From assembly GCA_963775935.1 (NCBI GenBank), contig CAVZKR010000006.1:111198-175197 (forward strand): a DNA stretch of 64,000 bases, in the 5' to 3' direction. This DNA is from an uncultured Chloroflexia bacterium. GTDB lineage: Bacteria > Chloroflexota > Dehalococcoidia > GIF9 > UBA5629. Position 1 is the stretch's first letter. Each line of letters starts with the position of its first letter. The translations under genes and the position numbers were made by a program. Positions 9,652-19,596 of this stretch are shown here, in pieces. The notes below the pieces were generated by a model. It had not been told where the DNA came from, did not search any database, and worked only from the letters and a program-made list of their open reading frames with translations.

Positions 9652-9848
9652 ATAATTATACCACAATTTCGATATCTGTAAAGAGCATTCTTAACCGGAT
9701 TGTAAAAAAATTAATTAATGAGCTGACTATCCGGTAGTTATTTTTTTCTGTAAATGTCGGTATTAATGAAGACTGGTACAATTAAGCAACCTGCCAATTT
9801 TATATGCAGAAATTAACATAATCGGACAAATAATTAAGGAGGCAGTCC

Positions 9849-10892
9849 ATGATCATTGATGTCAATATGCACTGGCTACCGGAGACTCTTTTTTCGGATC
9901 AAGCTATGCTCGCGTTATTTATGCGAGCTGTCCCTCGTAATGAGGGTGTATATGGCGAAGTTATCAATATACCCGGATCAACTAAAAAGCAAATCGTACT
10001 GTCCAAACCAAAAGGTTATGCGAATCTGAATTTTAGTGAGCTGGATACAAGTATAGAACTGCGCCTCAAGATTATGGATGAAGCCAAGATAGATAAGGCT
10101 GTCCTGAGAATACCATGCTGGGAACAATGGCTGAGCCTGGAAATGGCTAAAAAACTCAATGATTTAATGGCCCAATGTGTAAAAGAGCACTCTGATCGTT
10201 TTTTCGGCCTTGCCCTCGCACCACCATGGGGTAATAAAGAGTCTTTAAACGAAGTGGAACGATGCATCAAAGACCTGGGTTGCTGTGGAGTGGAGGTGGC
10301 AGCACACTATGGGGAACTCTATCTGGACGAAGAAGAGTTCAGACCTTACTTAAGGAAGCTCAACGAACTGGGAGTGCCAGTAGTTATTCATCATTCCCCG
10401 CTTCCCGTGGAATATCGCTCTATCTACGAGTACACCAATGTACGGCGTTTGTATGGCAGAGTTTTCGATCAGCTGACCTGTATAGGCAGGATACTATATA
10501 GTGGATTACTCGATGAGTTGCCAAATCTCAGACTTATTTTCAGTTATCTTGCAGGAGGATTCCAGGCATTTACAGGCATGATAGCGGTAAAAAAATCTGT
10601 AGTTAAAGAAGAAATGGAGCGTTCCGATACAGATGCGGCTGAAAAGGTACAGGGTTATCTAAAAAGAAATATTTATTTTGACATGTGTCATGCACCACCC
10701 TGGGGAAAGGAACACTTAGAGTTTGCCATCAAAGTGCTGGGAGCAGATCATGTTCTGTTCGGAACCTCTTATCCTGTGAAACGAGAGTGGTGTTTAAAAG
10801 GTGTGGAATTTGTGAAAAACCTAGACATTGATGAAAAAGCCAAGTCGCTGGTTTTAGGTGAAAATACGATGAGGCTCTTTCACATAAAGTAA
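9849..10892 (+). CDS. Amidohydrolase-2 family protein, divergent active site
   Basis: 347-aa ORF. AAGGAGG RBS 7 nt upstream. MIIDVNMHW N-terminus, VPVVIHHSPLP, LFGTSYP. Closest to the paralog at 4530. Confidence 0.8.
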   Translation: MIIDVNMHWLPETLFSDQAMLALFMRAVPRNEGVYGEVINIPGSTKKQIVLSKPKGYANLNFSELDTSIELRLKIMDEAKIDKAVLRIPCWEQWLSLEMAKKLNDLMAQCVKEHSDRFFGLALAPPWGNKESLNEVERCIKDLGCCGVEVAAHYGELYLDEEEFRPYLRKLNELGVPVVIHHSPLPVEYRSIYEYTNVRRLYGRVFDQLTCIGRILYSGLLDELPNLRLIFSYLAGGFQAFTGMIAVKKSVVKEEMERSDTDAAEKVQGYLKRNIYFDMCHAPPWGKEHLEFAIKVLGADHVLFGTSYPVKREWCLKGVEFVKNLDIDEKAKSLVLGENTMRLFHIK

Positions 10893-11333
10893 AAGGTAAT
10901 TTTGATGTATCGTGTATTCGCAATACGAAAACAGGAACACCTGTGTAATCACTCTTAGTAATATGAATTAACCGCTACTTTGGAACCGAATAATGAATAG
11001 AGCAGAAAGGAGGATATGCCTATTGATCATCATGTATTTTTTATGATACAAAAACTGTCCAACATGATGAACCTACATCAGACAATTAAATCTGGTCAAA
11101 CAAGGGCAGTGTTTCTATCCATGTAGGAATTGCTGATTAATTTAATTTGAATACGCGTTTGACAATTCATGAGATTGTTTCGGAAGCGACTATCTTTATC
11201 ATGTTCCGAAATGGTATGCTGTGTTTAGTGCGAAGGCTGTTTGCCCTTATGTTGTAGGAGCATTTATCAAAATCACAATGCTCTTGCTAGCTTGCTAGCC
11301 CTTGTGGTTCCTTATTAGTAGTTGATAGTTCGA

Positions 11334-11780
11334 ATGGAGCATGTAGAAATGGAGAGAAAACAAATTTCATGTTTGGAGGGCTGGCTCACCATGCCACCTG
11401 AAGAACCCAGGATTATTGGTAGCAAGTGTACATCGTGCGGACACTATTTCTTTCCTAAAGCGAAATTTTGTCGCAACCCTTATTGTAAGAAGACTAAGCC
11501 CATAGAAGATGTTCCCCTTAGCAGGAGAGGTAAATTATTCTCTTACGCCGTCAATCATTATGCTCCGCCTCCTCCTTATCATGCGCCCGACCCGTTTACA
11601 CCTTTCGGCGTTGCCTGTGTGGAAATGCCGGAAGGCATCAAAGTAGTTGGGCAGATACCGAGGAGCGTGGATTTAGATACAATCAAGATCGGGATGGAGA
11701 TGGAGACAACGAGAGAGGTGCTATATACAGATAAGGATGGGAACGAGGTTTTGTGCTGGATGTTCAAGCCTGTCTCATAA
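11334..11780 (+). CDS. DUF35 OB-fold / zinc-ribbon protein (thiolase-associated)
   Basis: Zinc-ribbon CTSCGHYFFPKAKFCRNPYC followed by an OB-fold-like region. Sits directly upstream of an SCP-x-type thiolase, as in known DUF35-thiolase pairs. Start uncertain (TTG 11322, ATG 11334 or 11349). Confidence 0.75.
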   Translation: MEHVEMERKQISCLEGWLTMPPEEPRIIGSKCTSCGHYFFPKAKFCRNPYCKKTKPIEDVPLSRRGKLFSYAVNHYAPPPPYHAPDPFTPFGVACVEMPEGIKVVGQIPRSVDLDTIKIGMEMETTREVLYTDKDGNEVLCWMFKPVS

Positions 11781-11807
11781 TTTCACGACATAATAAGTGA
11801 GGGAGAA

Positions 11808-12995
11808 ATGAAAGAAGTTGCCATAATAGGTATAGGAATACATCCTTGGGGAAAATTCCCCGAGAGAACTGTTCACGAGTTGAACATGCAAATAGCGCAG
11901 CTGGCGCTCAATAATGCCGGCGTTGACTGGAAAGATGTTCAGGGACTTTTCTGTGCACAGGACCCATGGAGTGGTATTCAGGGAATGCTGGCTGGATGTG
12001 CCCTGGCTAGTAATCTAGGCTATACGGGCATACCTGTTTACAATAATTATAATGGTTGTGCCAGCGGTGGGTATGCGCTACGAGCTGCCCATCTTCATAT
12101 TTCCGCTGGTATCATGGATATTGCTCTTGTTGTAGGAGGAAGTGTTTCCCCCAAGGGTGCTTTTGGCACTACAAAATCCCAAGAATTTGATGCCACCGAC
12201 CTTGATAGTCAGCGGTTTCGAGTTCTTGGATCGGCAAATTACACTCAGTTCGCTATGCAAGCAATGAGACGAATGCATGACTATAGCCTGACCGAAGAGG
12301 ACATCGCCAGACAGAAAGCAAAGGCCAGCAAATTTGCATCGCTAAACCCCAATGCCCGCTATAGAAAGGAATACACCGTAGAAGAGGTATTAGCTTCGCC
12401 GATAGTGGCATATCCTCTCCACCTTTTTGAAATATGTGCCACCAGTGATGGTGCTGCTGCAATGATACTATGTAGCTTAAAAAAAGCCAAGCAATATACC
12501 ACGAAACCAATAATTATAGCCGGAATTGGTGCTGCCAATCCTTTATATCCGGCGCCAGGCTTTTCCGGTTTCAACAGTGATTTTAGTGAAATACCGCCAC
12601 CAATGGAGAATGACGCCGGTATACTATCAAGCAAGAAAGCTTATGAGATGGCAGGTATTGGACCCGAAGATTTACATTTTGCACAGGTATATGACCTTAC
12701 CGGCGCCATGGAAATACAATGGTATGAAGATATTGGCCTCTGTAAGGAAGGTGAAGGTGAAAGACTATTACGTGAAGGCGCTACGTCATTAGGAGGCAGG
12801 ATACCCGTATGCACTGATGGTGGCTGTACCTCTTCAGGGGAGTGCATACCGGCGCAAGCCCTCTTTCAGGTGTATGAATCTGTCTTACAATTGCGAGGTG
12901 ACGCTAAAGCAAGGCAGGTAGAAGGTGCAAAGGTGGGCTTTTCGGTTAATTCAGGCAAATTAGGGAATGCGTCCGCCGTTGTATACAAACGATAA
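11808..12995 (+). CDS. Thiolase-like protein (SCP-x / nonspecific lipid-transfer-type)
   Basis: 395-aa ORF with NYNGCASGGYALRAA (nucleophile Cys context) and C-terminal CTDGGCTSSGECIPA, typical of the thiolase fold. Confidence 0.8.
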   Translation: MKEVAIIGIGIHPWGKFPERTVHELNMQIAQLALNNAGVDWKDVQGLFCAQDPWSGIQGMLAGCALASNLGYTGIPVYNNYNGCASGGYALRAAHLHISAGIMDIALVVGGSVSPKGAFGTTKSQEFDATDLDSQRFRVLGSANYTQFAMQAMRRMHDYSLTEEDIARQKAKASKFASLNPNARYRKEYTVEEVLASPIVAYPLHLFEICATSDGAAAMILCSLKKAKQYTTKPIIIAGIGAANPLYPAPGFSGFNSDFSEIPPPMENDAGILSSKKAYEMAGIGPEDLHFAQVYDLTGAMEIQWYEDIGLCKEGEGERLLREGATSLGGRIPVCTDGGCTSSGECIPAQALFQVYESVLQLRGDAKARQVEGAKVGFSVNSGKLGNASAVVYKR

Positions 12996-13073
12996 CAGTG
13001 CGCTATAAGCTAAATGTGCTAGGGCGTAATCACATAAAACATACTATTGCCTTTATTTTTAGGAGGTCGGAGC

Positions 13074-14222
13074 ATGCGTTTTGACTTAACCCCGGAGGAA
13101 AAAGCCTTTCAACAGGAAATACGGGAGTTTATGGATAAAGAAGTAAATGATGGGGTTATTGCAGAGACTGAGTCCATGCAGGGACCAGGACCACATACCA
13201 AAGAGCTGTTGCGTAAATTCGGTAAGGAGAGGATGCTCGCCCCGTCATGGCCCAAGGAATATGGTACACGGGGAATGAGCTTTACAGCCGAAACCGTCTT
13301 TATGGATGAGTTAATTAGTCATCGTGGACCCTTTCCACTTGATGGTATCGAAATAGGTAGAGGTATTCTCGCCTATGGCAGTGAAAGCATGAAAAAGAAG
13401 TTTTTACCGCCCATTGCACGTGGAGAAATAGATATTGCTCTTGGTTATACTGAGCCAGATGCTGGTTCAGACCTTGCTTCACTTCAGCTTCGGGCTGTTG
13501 AAGATGGCGATAGCTATATCCTCAATGGACAGAAGATATATAATACTGAGGCTCACCATTGTGAATATCACTGGGTGCTTACCAGAACCGATACTACTGT
13601 TCCCAGACATAAAGGGCTATCACTTTTCATAGTTGATTTGAAAAGCCCCGGTATTACTATTCGTCCGCTCTATACTATGGCAGGATTGAGAACAAATGAG
13701 GTCTTCTATGAAGATGTACGTGTCCTTAAGGAGAATATGGTTGGTGAAAAGAACCAGGGTTGGGAGATTGCACAGAATGCACTTCGTGGTGGTCCCGGAA
13801 TGTCCAACGCAGGAATGAGACAGCGTTTTAGTACTTTGCTGAAATATGTTCTTGAAGAAGGTAGTAATCTTCTATCTGAAAAGCCCTGGATACGAGATGA
13901 ACTGGCAAAATGGTATGTTACTATCCATATTGGCGATCTCCTCGGTTATAGAACATCTTATCTGGGCGACAAGGGAATTGAGTCAACCTACGAGGCACCG
14001 TTAGCAATTACATTTACAGATGAATCGAGGAAAGCTTTCTTTCGATCCGTTATGGAACTATTAGGGCCCTATGGGCAGCTTGCTGAAGTATCCAAACGGG
14101 TACCAATGGATGGTGTCATGATGAAAGAGTTCATGGATAGTCCCCGATGGACAATAGTCCATGGCACCAGCGAGATCAGGAGAATTCTTATTGCAAGAGG
14201 TTTAGGGTTACCACGAAAATAA
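13074..14222 (+). CDS. Acyl-CoA dehydrogenase family protein
   Basis: ATG at 13074 follows AGGAGG (the track's TTG 13047 is probably too long). Has LGYTEPDAGSDLASL and the C-terminal HGTSEIRRILIARGL ACAD signature. Confidence 0.85.
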   Translation: MRFDLTPEEKAFQQEIREFMDKEVNDGVIAETESMQGPGPHTKELLRKFGKERMLAPSWPKEYGTRGMSFTAETVFMDELISHRGPFPLDGIEIGRGILAYGSESMKKKFLPPIARGEIDIALGYTEPDAGSDLASLQLRAVEDGDSYILNGQKIYNTEAHHCEYHWVLTRTDTTVPRHKGLSLFIVDLKSPGITIRPLYTMAGLRTNEVFYEDVRVLKENMVGEKNQGWEIAQNALRGGPGMSNAGMRQRFSTLLKYVLEEGSNLLSEKPWIRDELAKWYVTIHIGDLLGYRTSYLGDKGIESTYEAPLAITFTDESRKAFFRSVMELLGPYGQLAEVSKRVPMDGVMMKEFMDSPRWTIVHGTSEIRRILIARGLGLPRK

Positions 14223-14243
14223 TATAAAAAAGGTGACTAAGGA

Positions 14244-15389
14244 ATGGATTTAACGTTTTCTGAACAGCAGGAGATGCTCAAGAAGTCAGCACGAAGCTTC
14301 TTAGCTGAAAAATGTTCAAAATCTTTTGTACGGGAAATGGAAAGGGACGCGAACGGTTACTCGCCGCAGCTATGGAAAGAGATAGCTGACCTAAGTTGGC
14401 TGGGTCTAATACTACCTGAGAAATACAGCGGCGCTGAGATGAATTTTCTTGATCTGGCAATATTGCTTGAGGAAATGGGACGTGCCTGTTTTCCCGGGCC
14501 GTTCATCTCCACAGTCATTTGTGGTGGCTTATCAATTCTGAATATGGGGAGTAATGAGCAAAAGCAGAAATACTTGCCATTAATAGCTAATGGCAAGGCA
14601 ATTTTTACCATGGCAATACTTGAGGCTGATGGCAGCACCTACACTGCTGATTCAGTACAAGTAATGGCAAAGTACGATAAGGATGGCTATGTTATTAATG
14701 GGACTAAGCTGTTTGTTCCCTATGCTCATATAGCTGACTATATATTGTGCATTGCCAGAACCAAAAAATCCAAAAAGTCTGAGAATGGGATTACTCTATT
14801 TATCGTAGATACTAGTAGCCCGGGAATTAGCACGACAGTATTGCAGACTATTGCACATGATAAACAGTGTGAAGTGGTATTTAGTGAAGTAAGAGTGCCA
14901 GAAGGAAATGTACTGGGCACAGTAAACGAGGGGTGGGCTGAGGTTCAGAGAATCATAGAGCAAGCGGCGCTGGCAAAAGCCTGTGAGATGGTAGGAGGTA
15001 TGCAGGCAGCTCTTGATATGACCTTGCAATATGTCAATCAACGTATACAGTTCGGTGCCCATATCGGTAGCTTCCAGGCGATACAGTGGCATTGTGTGAA
15101 TATGGCAATGGATGTCGATAGTTCCAGAATGATTACATACGAAGCAGCATGGCGGCTCAGCGAGGGACTTTCTTATTCCGTAGAAGCTGCAATGGCAAAA
15201 GCCTGGGTAAGTGAAGCATACGGACGGGTTGTTGCCTCAGGAATACAAGCACATGGTGGTGTTTCAATAATAGAAGATCACGATATGCCGTTATATTTTA
15301 AGAGGGCTAAAGCTGATGAAATTATATACGGTGATAGCAGGTTTCATAGAAAAACTATTGCCAAAAAATTGGGACTTGAAAAGCTATAA
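14244..15389 (+). CDS. Acyl-CoA dehydrogenase family protein (second subunit/paralog)
   Basis: 381-aa ORF 21 nt after the previous ACAD. ACAD fold motifs (MAILEADGS, GITLFIV, QRIQFG, IQAHGG). Confidence 0.85.
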   Translation: MDLTFSEQQEMLKKSARSFLAEKCSKSFVREMERDANGYSPQLWKEIADLSWLGLILPEKYSGAEMNFLDLAILLEEMGRACFPGPFISTVICGGLSILNMGSNEQKQKYLPLIANGKAIFTMAILEADGSTYTADSVQVMAKYDKDGYVINGTKLFVPYAHIADYILCIARTKKSKKSENGITLFIVDTSSPGISTTVLQTIAHDKQCEVVFSEVRVPEGNVLGTVNEGWAEVQRIIEQAALAKACEMVGGMQAALDMTLQYVNQRIQFGAHIGSFQAIQWHCVNMAMDVDSSRMITYEAAWRLSEGLSYSVEAAMAKAWVSEAYGRVVASGIQAHGGVSIIEDHDMPLYFKRAKADEIIYGDSRFHRKTIAKKLGLEKL

Positions 15390-15484
15390 ACACGTTAAGA
15401 TTTGATAGCAAACTATATATAGTATGCACTATCAAGAAACTACTAAATTAATAAAATGACATTTTCTTACCAAGAAGGGGGTAT

Positions 15485-16723
15485 ATGATGGCGAAGTTGG
15501 CGTCACGAGTAGCCGGGGGCCGGGAAGCTGTCGATTGGGACGTGGGAATCGATATGGCTCGTATGAGAAAAGAAAGGTTAGAACGAGCACAAGCCTCCCT
15601 GAAGAGAAATGGCATAGCAGCGTGCTTACTGACGAGACCCGAGAATATAAGGTACGCGACCAGTACCAAATCGGTGGACTTTATAGATCAGCTCAGGTAT
15701 TGTATGGCCTTTGCAGAGCATGTCCCTATACTCTATGAAATGCCGCCTGGTAAGCCTTTTGGGACTTGTCCCTGGATTAAACCAGAAAACCTCAGGGTTG
15801 CTACATTATGGGCTACTGAATCTTGCGGTCGTGAAGCAACATGGGAGATGGCGAAGGAATTTGCACACTCCATAAAACGCGACCTTGTTGAAAGAGGATT
15901 AGAAAAAGAAAAACTGGGCGTTGACTTACTGGATGAACCTGGTCATCAGGCATTACGAGAGGTCGGTTTGGAAATCATTGATGTAATGCCGTCAATGCTC
16001 GAAGCAAGGGCAACAAAAACGGATGACGAGATCGCTTGCCTTAAAATGGCTGTTTCTATAGCTGAAGTAGGCTGGTCTGCACTTTACAATACCTTAAAGC
16101 CAGGTATTCAGAATAGGGATCTTGTGGCTGCAGCTAATGAAGCAATGTGGAAAGCTGGTGCTGAGAATATTTGGGGAGTGCTGGTAAGCTCAGGAAGCGG
16201 TCCCTATGGCGATAAAATAATACAAGTAGGTGATGTTGTAGTCACCGACTTTGTGCGTGTCTCGTATATGGGATACTGCACCTGCTACTACCGTAATATG
16301 GTAGCTGGTAGAGAACCGAATGACAAGGAAAAAGACATGCACAAAAGAAGCTATGAGCGGATGTATAAAGTTATTAATAGCATTAAGCCAGGGGTATCTA
16401 CCGCTGATCTCGCACGACACTGGGTCACAGCCAAAGATAGAGGATATCCATCAGAAAAAAATACATGGTGTGAGGACTTAGGTCATGGAATCGGTTTATG
16501 GTTGTATGAATATCCTGTCATCAATAGGCTCTGGTCACTTGATCATCCCATGACAATTGAAAAAGGTATGACTATGGCAGTTGAGGCGATGGAGTTCGAT
16601 CCCGAGATCGGCAGAACCAAGCTGGAAGAAATGATTGTTGTAACTGATACTGGCGCCGAGGTTATGACGAGGATGCCTGTTAAGGATATGATGACAACTA
16701 ATTTAATAACGACGGCAAGATGA
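15485..16723 (+). CDS. M24-fold (creatinase / Xaa-Pro peptidase-like) protein
   Basis: 412-aa ORF with pita-bread-fold motifs GDVVVTDF, GHGIGLWLYEYP, MTMAVEAM, EEMIVVT. RBS AAGGGGG upstream. Confidence 0.8.
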   Translation: MMAKLASRVAGGREAVDWDVGIDMARMRKERLERAQASLKRNGIAACLLTRPENIRYATSTKSVDFIDQLRYCMAFAEHVPILYEMPPGKPFGTCPWIKPENLRVATLWATESCGREATWEMAKEFAHSIKRDLVERGLEKEKLGVDLLDEPGHQALREVGLEIIDVMPSMLEARATKTDDEIACLKMAVSIAEVGWSALYNTLKPGIQNRDLVAAANEAMWKAGAENIWGVLVSSGSGPYGDKIIQVGDVVVTDFVRVSYMGYCTCYYRNMVAGREPNDKEKDMHKRSYERMYKVINSIKPGVSTADLARHWVTAKDRGYPSEKNTWCEDLGHGIGLWLYEYPVINRLWSLDHPMTIEKGMTMAVEAMEFDPEIGRTKLEEMIVVTDTGAEVMTRMPVKDMMTTNLITTAR

Positions 16724-16770
16724 ACTGAATAGAGAAATGTCAAAATATAATTTTTATAGGAGCGATTACA

Positions 16771-18171
16771 ATGGCAATTTTAAAAGTACCCAAGAAATGG
16801 GATAGTGAAGCTGATGTCATCGTTATAGGTGCAGGAACTGCAGGTCTACCGGCTGCTATTACAGCAAGTGATAAGGGAGCAAAAGTAGTTGTACTGGAAG
16901 TCTGGTCTGGCATGGCCAGTAGTCTAGCTATGATTGCTGGCGGGACACCTTTTGCAGGCGTGGATTTGCAAAAAGAAAAAGGCATAGAAGATTCCTCTGA
17001 CAAGCTTTTTAAAGAAGCCGTTGAGACCAGTTGTGGCTCACCAGAACTGTGGAGAGCAATAACTGACAGACAATTGGAAACTTATGAATGGCTTAAGTCA
17101 ATAGGTGCTAAGCCGTCTCAATTACTTCTTGGCCCTGGACATAAGGTGATGCGATCAATCCGGTTTGAAGGGCATGGTCCAGCACTTCTTAAATTATTTC
17201 GAAAAACAGCCGAGGCCAAAGGAATTAGCATCTTGTTTAATCATCGTGCTGAAAGGCTGATCTATAATACTGAACTTGGCAGGATTACCGGTGTCAGAGT
17301 TAAAAGTAAAGATAAAATTATGAATTTAAGAGCCAGGAAAGCAATTATCCTGGCTACAGGTGGTTTTGTCAATAATAAAGAACTTATTAAAGAATATGGC
17401 CCCAACTATGTCGACTGTATCCCCACAGCACCACCAACCCATGTGGGGGATGGGCTGAAAATGGCGTTAGCCGTTGGTGCTGCGACGGAAGGCATTGGAT
17501 TAGCTGTGTGTCCCTCTATGTCAGTAGACATCCATTCCAGACGTCCAGTATTGATGGGAGCAGAAGGTGGAATTCAGGTAAAAACGGACGGTAATAGATG
17601 GACTAACGAGATGCCCACACCCCCCGCCTCCTACACTAGTGGATATAAAGAGCTTCTCCTCCAAGACCAATCAGGTGATCACTTTGTGATGTATGACGAA
17701 AAGGCCAGACGAAGTGCACCGCCTCAAAGTTATCAGATATCTAAAGAATTTTCTGCGAACACTATTGGCGAATTGGAGAAAATTCTAGGTATTGCCACTG
17801 GGGCTCTAAAGGCAACAATAAATGAATATAACTCAGATATTGACACATATGGTTATGACAGGAAATTTGGTAGAAGGCAGAAGGGATTGGCTGATTCGAA
17901 TGAGCCTCCATCAAAGCTCGATACACCACCCTTCTATGCTATTAAGTGCAAGGTTTGTCTCACCTCTATGAAAGGCGGGGTAAAAATCAATGCGAAAGAC
18001 CAGGTTATCGATCAGTTTGGCGACGTAATACCAGGACTATATGCGGCTGGAGAGATAATCGGTGGTCTAATGGGTAAACCGGCGCACTATTTTACAGGAG
18101 CCATGACACTTAGTGCCTTTGTTCAAGGCAGGATTGCTGGAGAAAATGCAGCTGCTGAAGTTTCCAGATAA
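16771..18171 (+). CDS. FAD-dependent oxidoreductase (FAD_binding_2; soluble fumarate-reductase / KstD-like)
   Basis: 466-aa ORF with dinucleotide fold DVIVIGAGTAGLPAAITA, ILATGGF, and C-terminal GLYAAGEIIGG, typical of this flavoprotein family. Confidence 0.8.
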   Translation: MAILKVPKKWDSEADVIVIGAGTAGLPAAITASDKGAKVVVLEVWSGMASSLAMIAGGTPFAGVDLQKEKGIEDSSDKLFKEAVETSCGSPELWRAITDRQLETYEWLKSIGAKPSQLLLGPGHKVMRSIRFEGHGPALLKLFRKTAEAKGISILFNHRAERLIYNTELGRITGVRVKSKDKIMNLRARKAIILATGGFVNNKELIKEYGPNYVDCIPTAPPTHVGDGLKMALAVGAATEGIGLAVCPSMSVDIHSRRPVLMGAEGGIQVKTDGNRWTNEMPTPPASYTSGYKELLLQDQSGDHFVMYDEKARRSAPPQSYQISKEFSANTIGELEKILGIATGALKATINEYNSDIDTYGYDRKFGRRQKGLADSNEPPSKLDTPPFYAIKCKVCLTSMKGGVKINAKDQVIDQFGDVIPGLYAAGEIIGGLMGKPAHYFTGAMTLSAFVQGRIAGENAAAEVSR

Positions 18172-18210
18172 ACGCCATACTCATGTAACTAAAAACGAAA
18201 AGAAAATGAA

Positions 18211-19572
18211 ATGAAGTGGCAGGACAAATACAGAAATAAGTTGATAACGGCAAAGCAATCGGCTGAGCTCGTAACCAATGGGGCCGACGTGCTATTTTCC
18301 ATGATGGATCAACCAGGGGATATTATTCTGGAAATTAGTAATCGATATCAGTCCCTGAAGAATATAACTTTGACCTCACACTGGGTGGCAGATTATCCAT
18401 TTCTGCATCCTAAACAATATCCTGAAATGGCAAAAACATTTATAGTAAAGGACCCAATGACTTTACGAACAACACGGGAAGCAGTCCGCGATAAGACAAT
18501 AGATTGGCAACCAACTGTTTTTGGGCTTAGCAATGGTGAGCGGCAAAAGTGTACTGATCGGGGACGGTTATACCATCATAAGGATTTTTTCTTTTTCAAG
18601 CTTACTCCTCCAGATGACAACGGCGATTGCAGCTTTGGTCCATATACTTGGTATTCACCAAACGCTTGCAAGACAGCGAAACTGAAGATTGCAGAAATTG
18701 ATCCTCATCTCCCACGAGTAAATGGTGACTCTGTAAACATTGAGAGCATTGACTATCTTGTCGAAGCTCCTAAAGCAGAAGACACAGGGAGAAAGGAAGT
18801 TTTAGGATTTACTCCATCTAAGGAGGAGTGGGAAATTTCCCAGGTCATTGGTGCTAATGCTGCCTCTTTAATTCAAGATGGAGACACCCTACAGATTGGA
18901 GTCGGGACATCATCTGAGGCAATTACCGGTTTCCTTGCAGATAAAAACGATCTTGGTTTTGATAGCGAAGTAATCTATGTCGAACTTGTTGACCTGGTTA
19001 AACGCGGTGTTATTAATGGCAGGAAAAAAAATATCGACACGGGGATAGCGGCCAGCTCTTGTCTGCAGATATATGGACGTAATACACCTGCCAGCAACGA
19101 AGCGCTCGCATTTGTGAAGGGAAACCCCAGTTTTATATTCAGAGATATCTCCACCCAATGTAATATTGCCAGAATTGCCTCGCAGAATAATATGGTTGCT
19201 ATAAATAGTATTTTGAGTGTAGATCTTCTGGGACAAGTTGTTCTTACTCATATTGGTCCAACCCCGATAGGTGGCCCTGGAGGACAAATAGAGTTTTGCA
19301 TCGGTGCACACTATTGCAAAGGAGGCCGCTCGGTGTCTATGTTAAAGTCCACAGCTGTTGACGGAAAAGCATCAAGGATAGTGCCCAAATTTGAAAAGGG
19401 AACTGTGATTGCAATTCCCATGTTTTACTTAGATTATCTGGTAACTGAGTTTGGTACCGTAAACCTTGACTGCAAAAGCCGGCGGGAAAGGGCTGAAGCT
19501 ATCATATCAGTCGCCCACCCCGATTTCCAGCCGGAGTTAAGACGAGCAGCCAGGGAAATGTTCTATCCATAA
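18211..19572 (+). CDS. Acetyl-CoA hydrolase/transferase family protein (4-hydroxybutyrate CoA-transferase-like)
   Basis: 453-aa ORF. LQIGVGTSSEA and GGPGGQIEF motifs are characteristic of family I Cat1/AbfT-type CoA-transferases. Confidence 0.8.
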   Translation: MKWQDKYRNKLITAKQSAELVTNGADVLFSMMDQPGDIILEISNRYQSLKNITLTSHWVADYPFLHPKQYPEMAKTFIVKDPMTLRTTREAVRDKTIDWQPTVFGLSNGERQKCTDRGRLYHHKDFFFFKLTPPDDNGDCSFGPYTWYSPNACKTAKLKIAEIDPHLPRVNGDSVNIESIDYLVEAPKAEDTGRKEVLGFTPSKEEWEISQVIGANAASLIQDGDTLQIGVGTSSEAITGFLADKNDLGFDSEVIYVELVDLVKRGVINGRKKNIDTGIAASSCLQIYGRNTPASNEALAFVKGNPSFIFRDISTQCNIARIASQNNMVAINSILSVDLLGQVVLTHIGPTPIGGPGGQIEFCIGAHYCKGGRSVSMLKSTAVDGKASRIVPKFEKGTVIAIPMFYLDYLVTEFGTVNLDCKSRRERAEAIISVAHPDFQPELRRAAREMFYP

Positions 19573-19596
19573 AAACAAATGGGGAGGTAAATACTG

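Noticed and set aside
11016-11126. 36-codon ORF (MPIDHHVFFMIQKLSNMMNLHQTIKSGQTRAVFLSM) after AGGAGG in the gap upstream of the 20-kb cluster; faint resemblance to the start of MarR-type regulators
   Set aside because: The SD-to-ATG spacing is only 2 nt. The ORF is too short for a winged-helix domain, and the similarity is too weak to call by eye. At most it is another gene relic.
11178-11211. Inverted repeat TTTCGGAA-n18-TTCCGAAA downstream of a TTGACA hexamer, upstream of the DUF35 gene
   Set aside because: No acceptable -10 box lies at the correct spacing from the TTGACA, and the arms are short (8 bp) in AT-rich DNA. There is insufficient support to call an operator.
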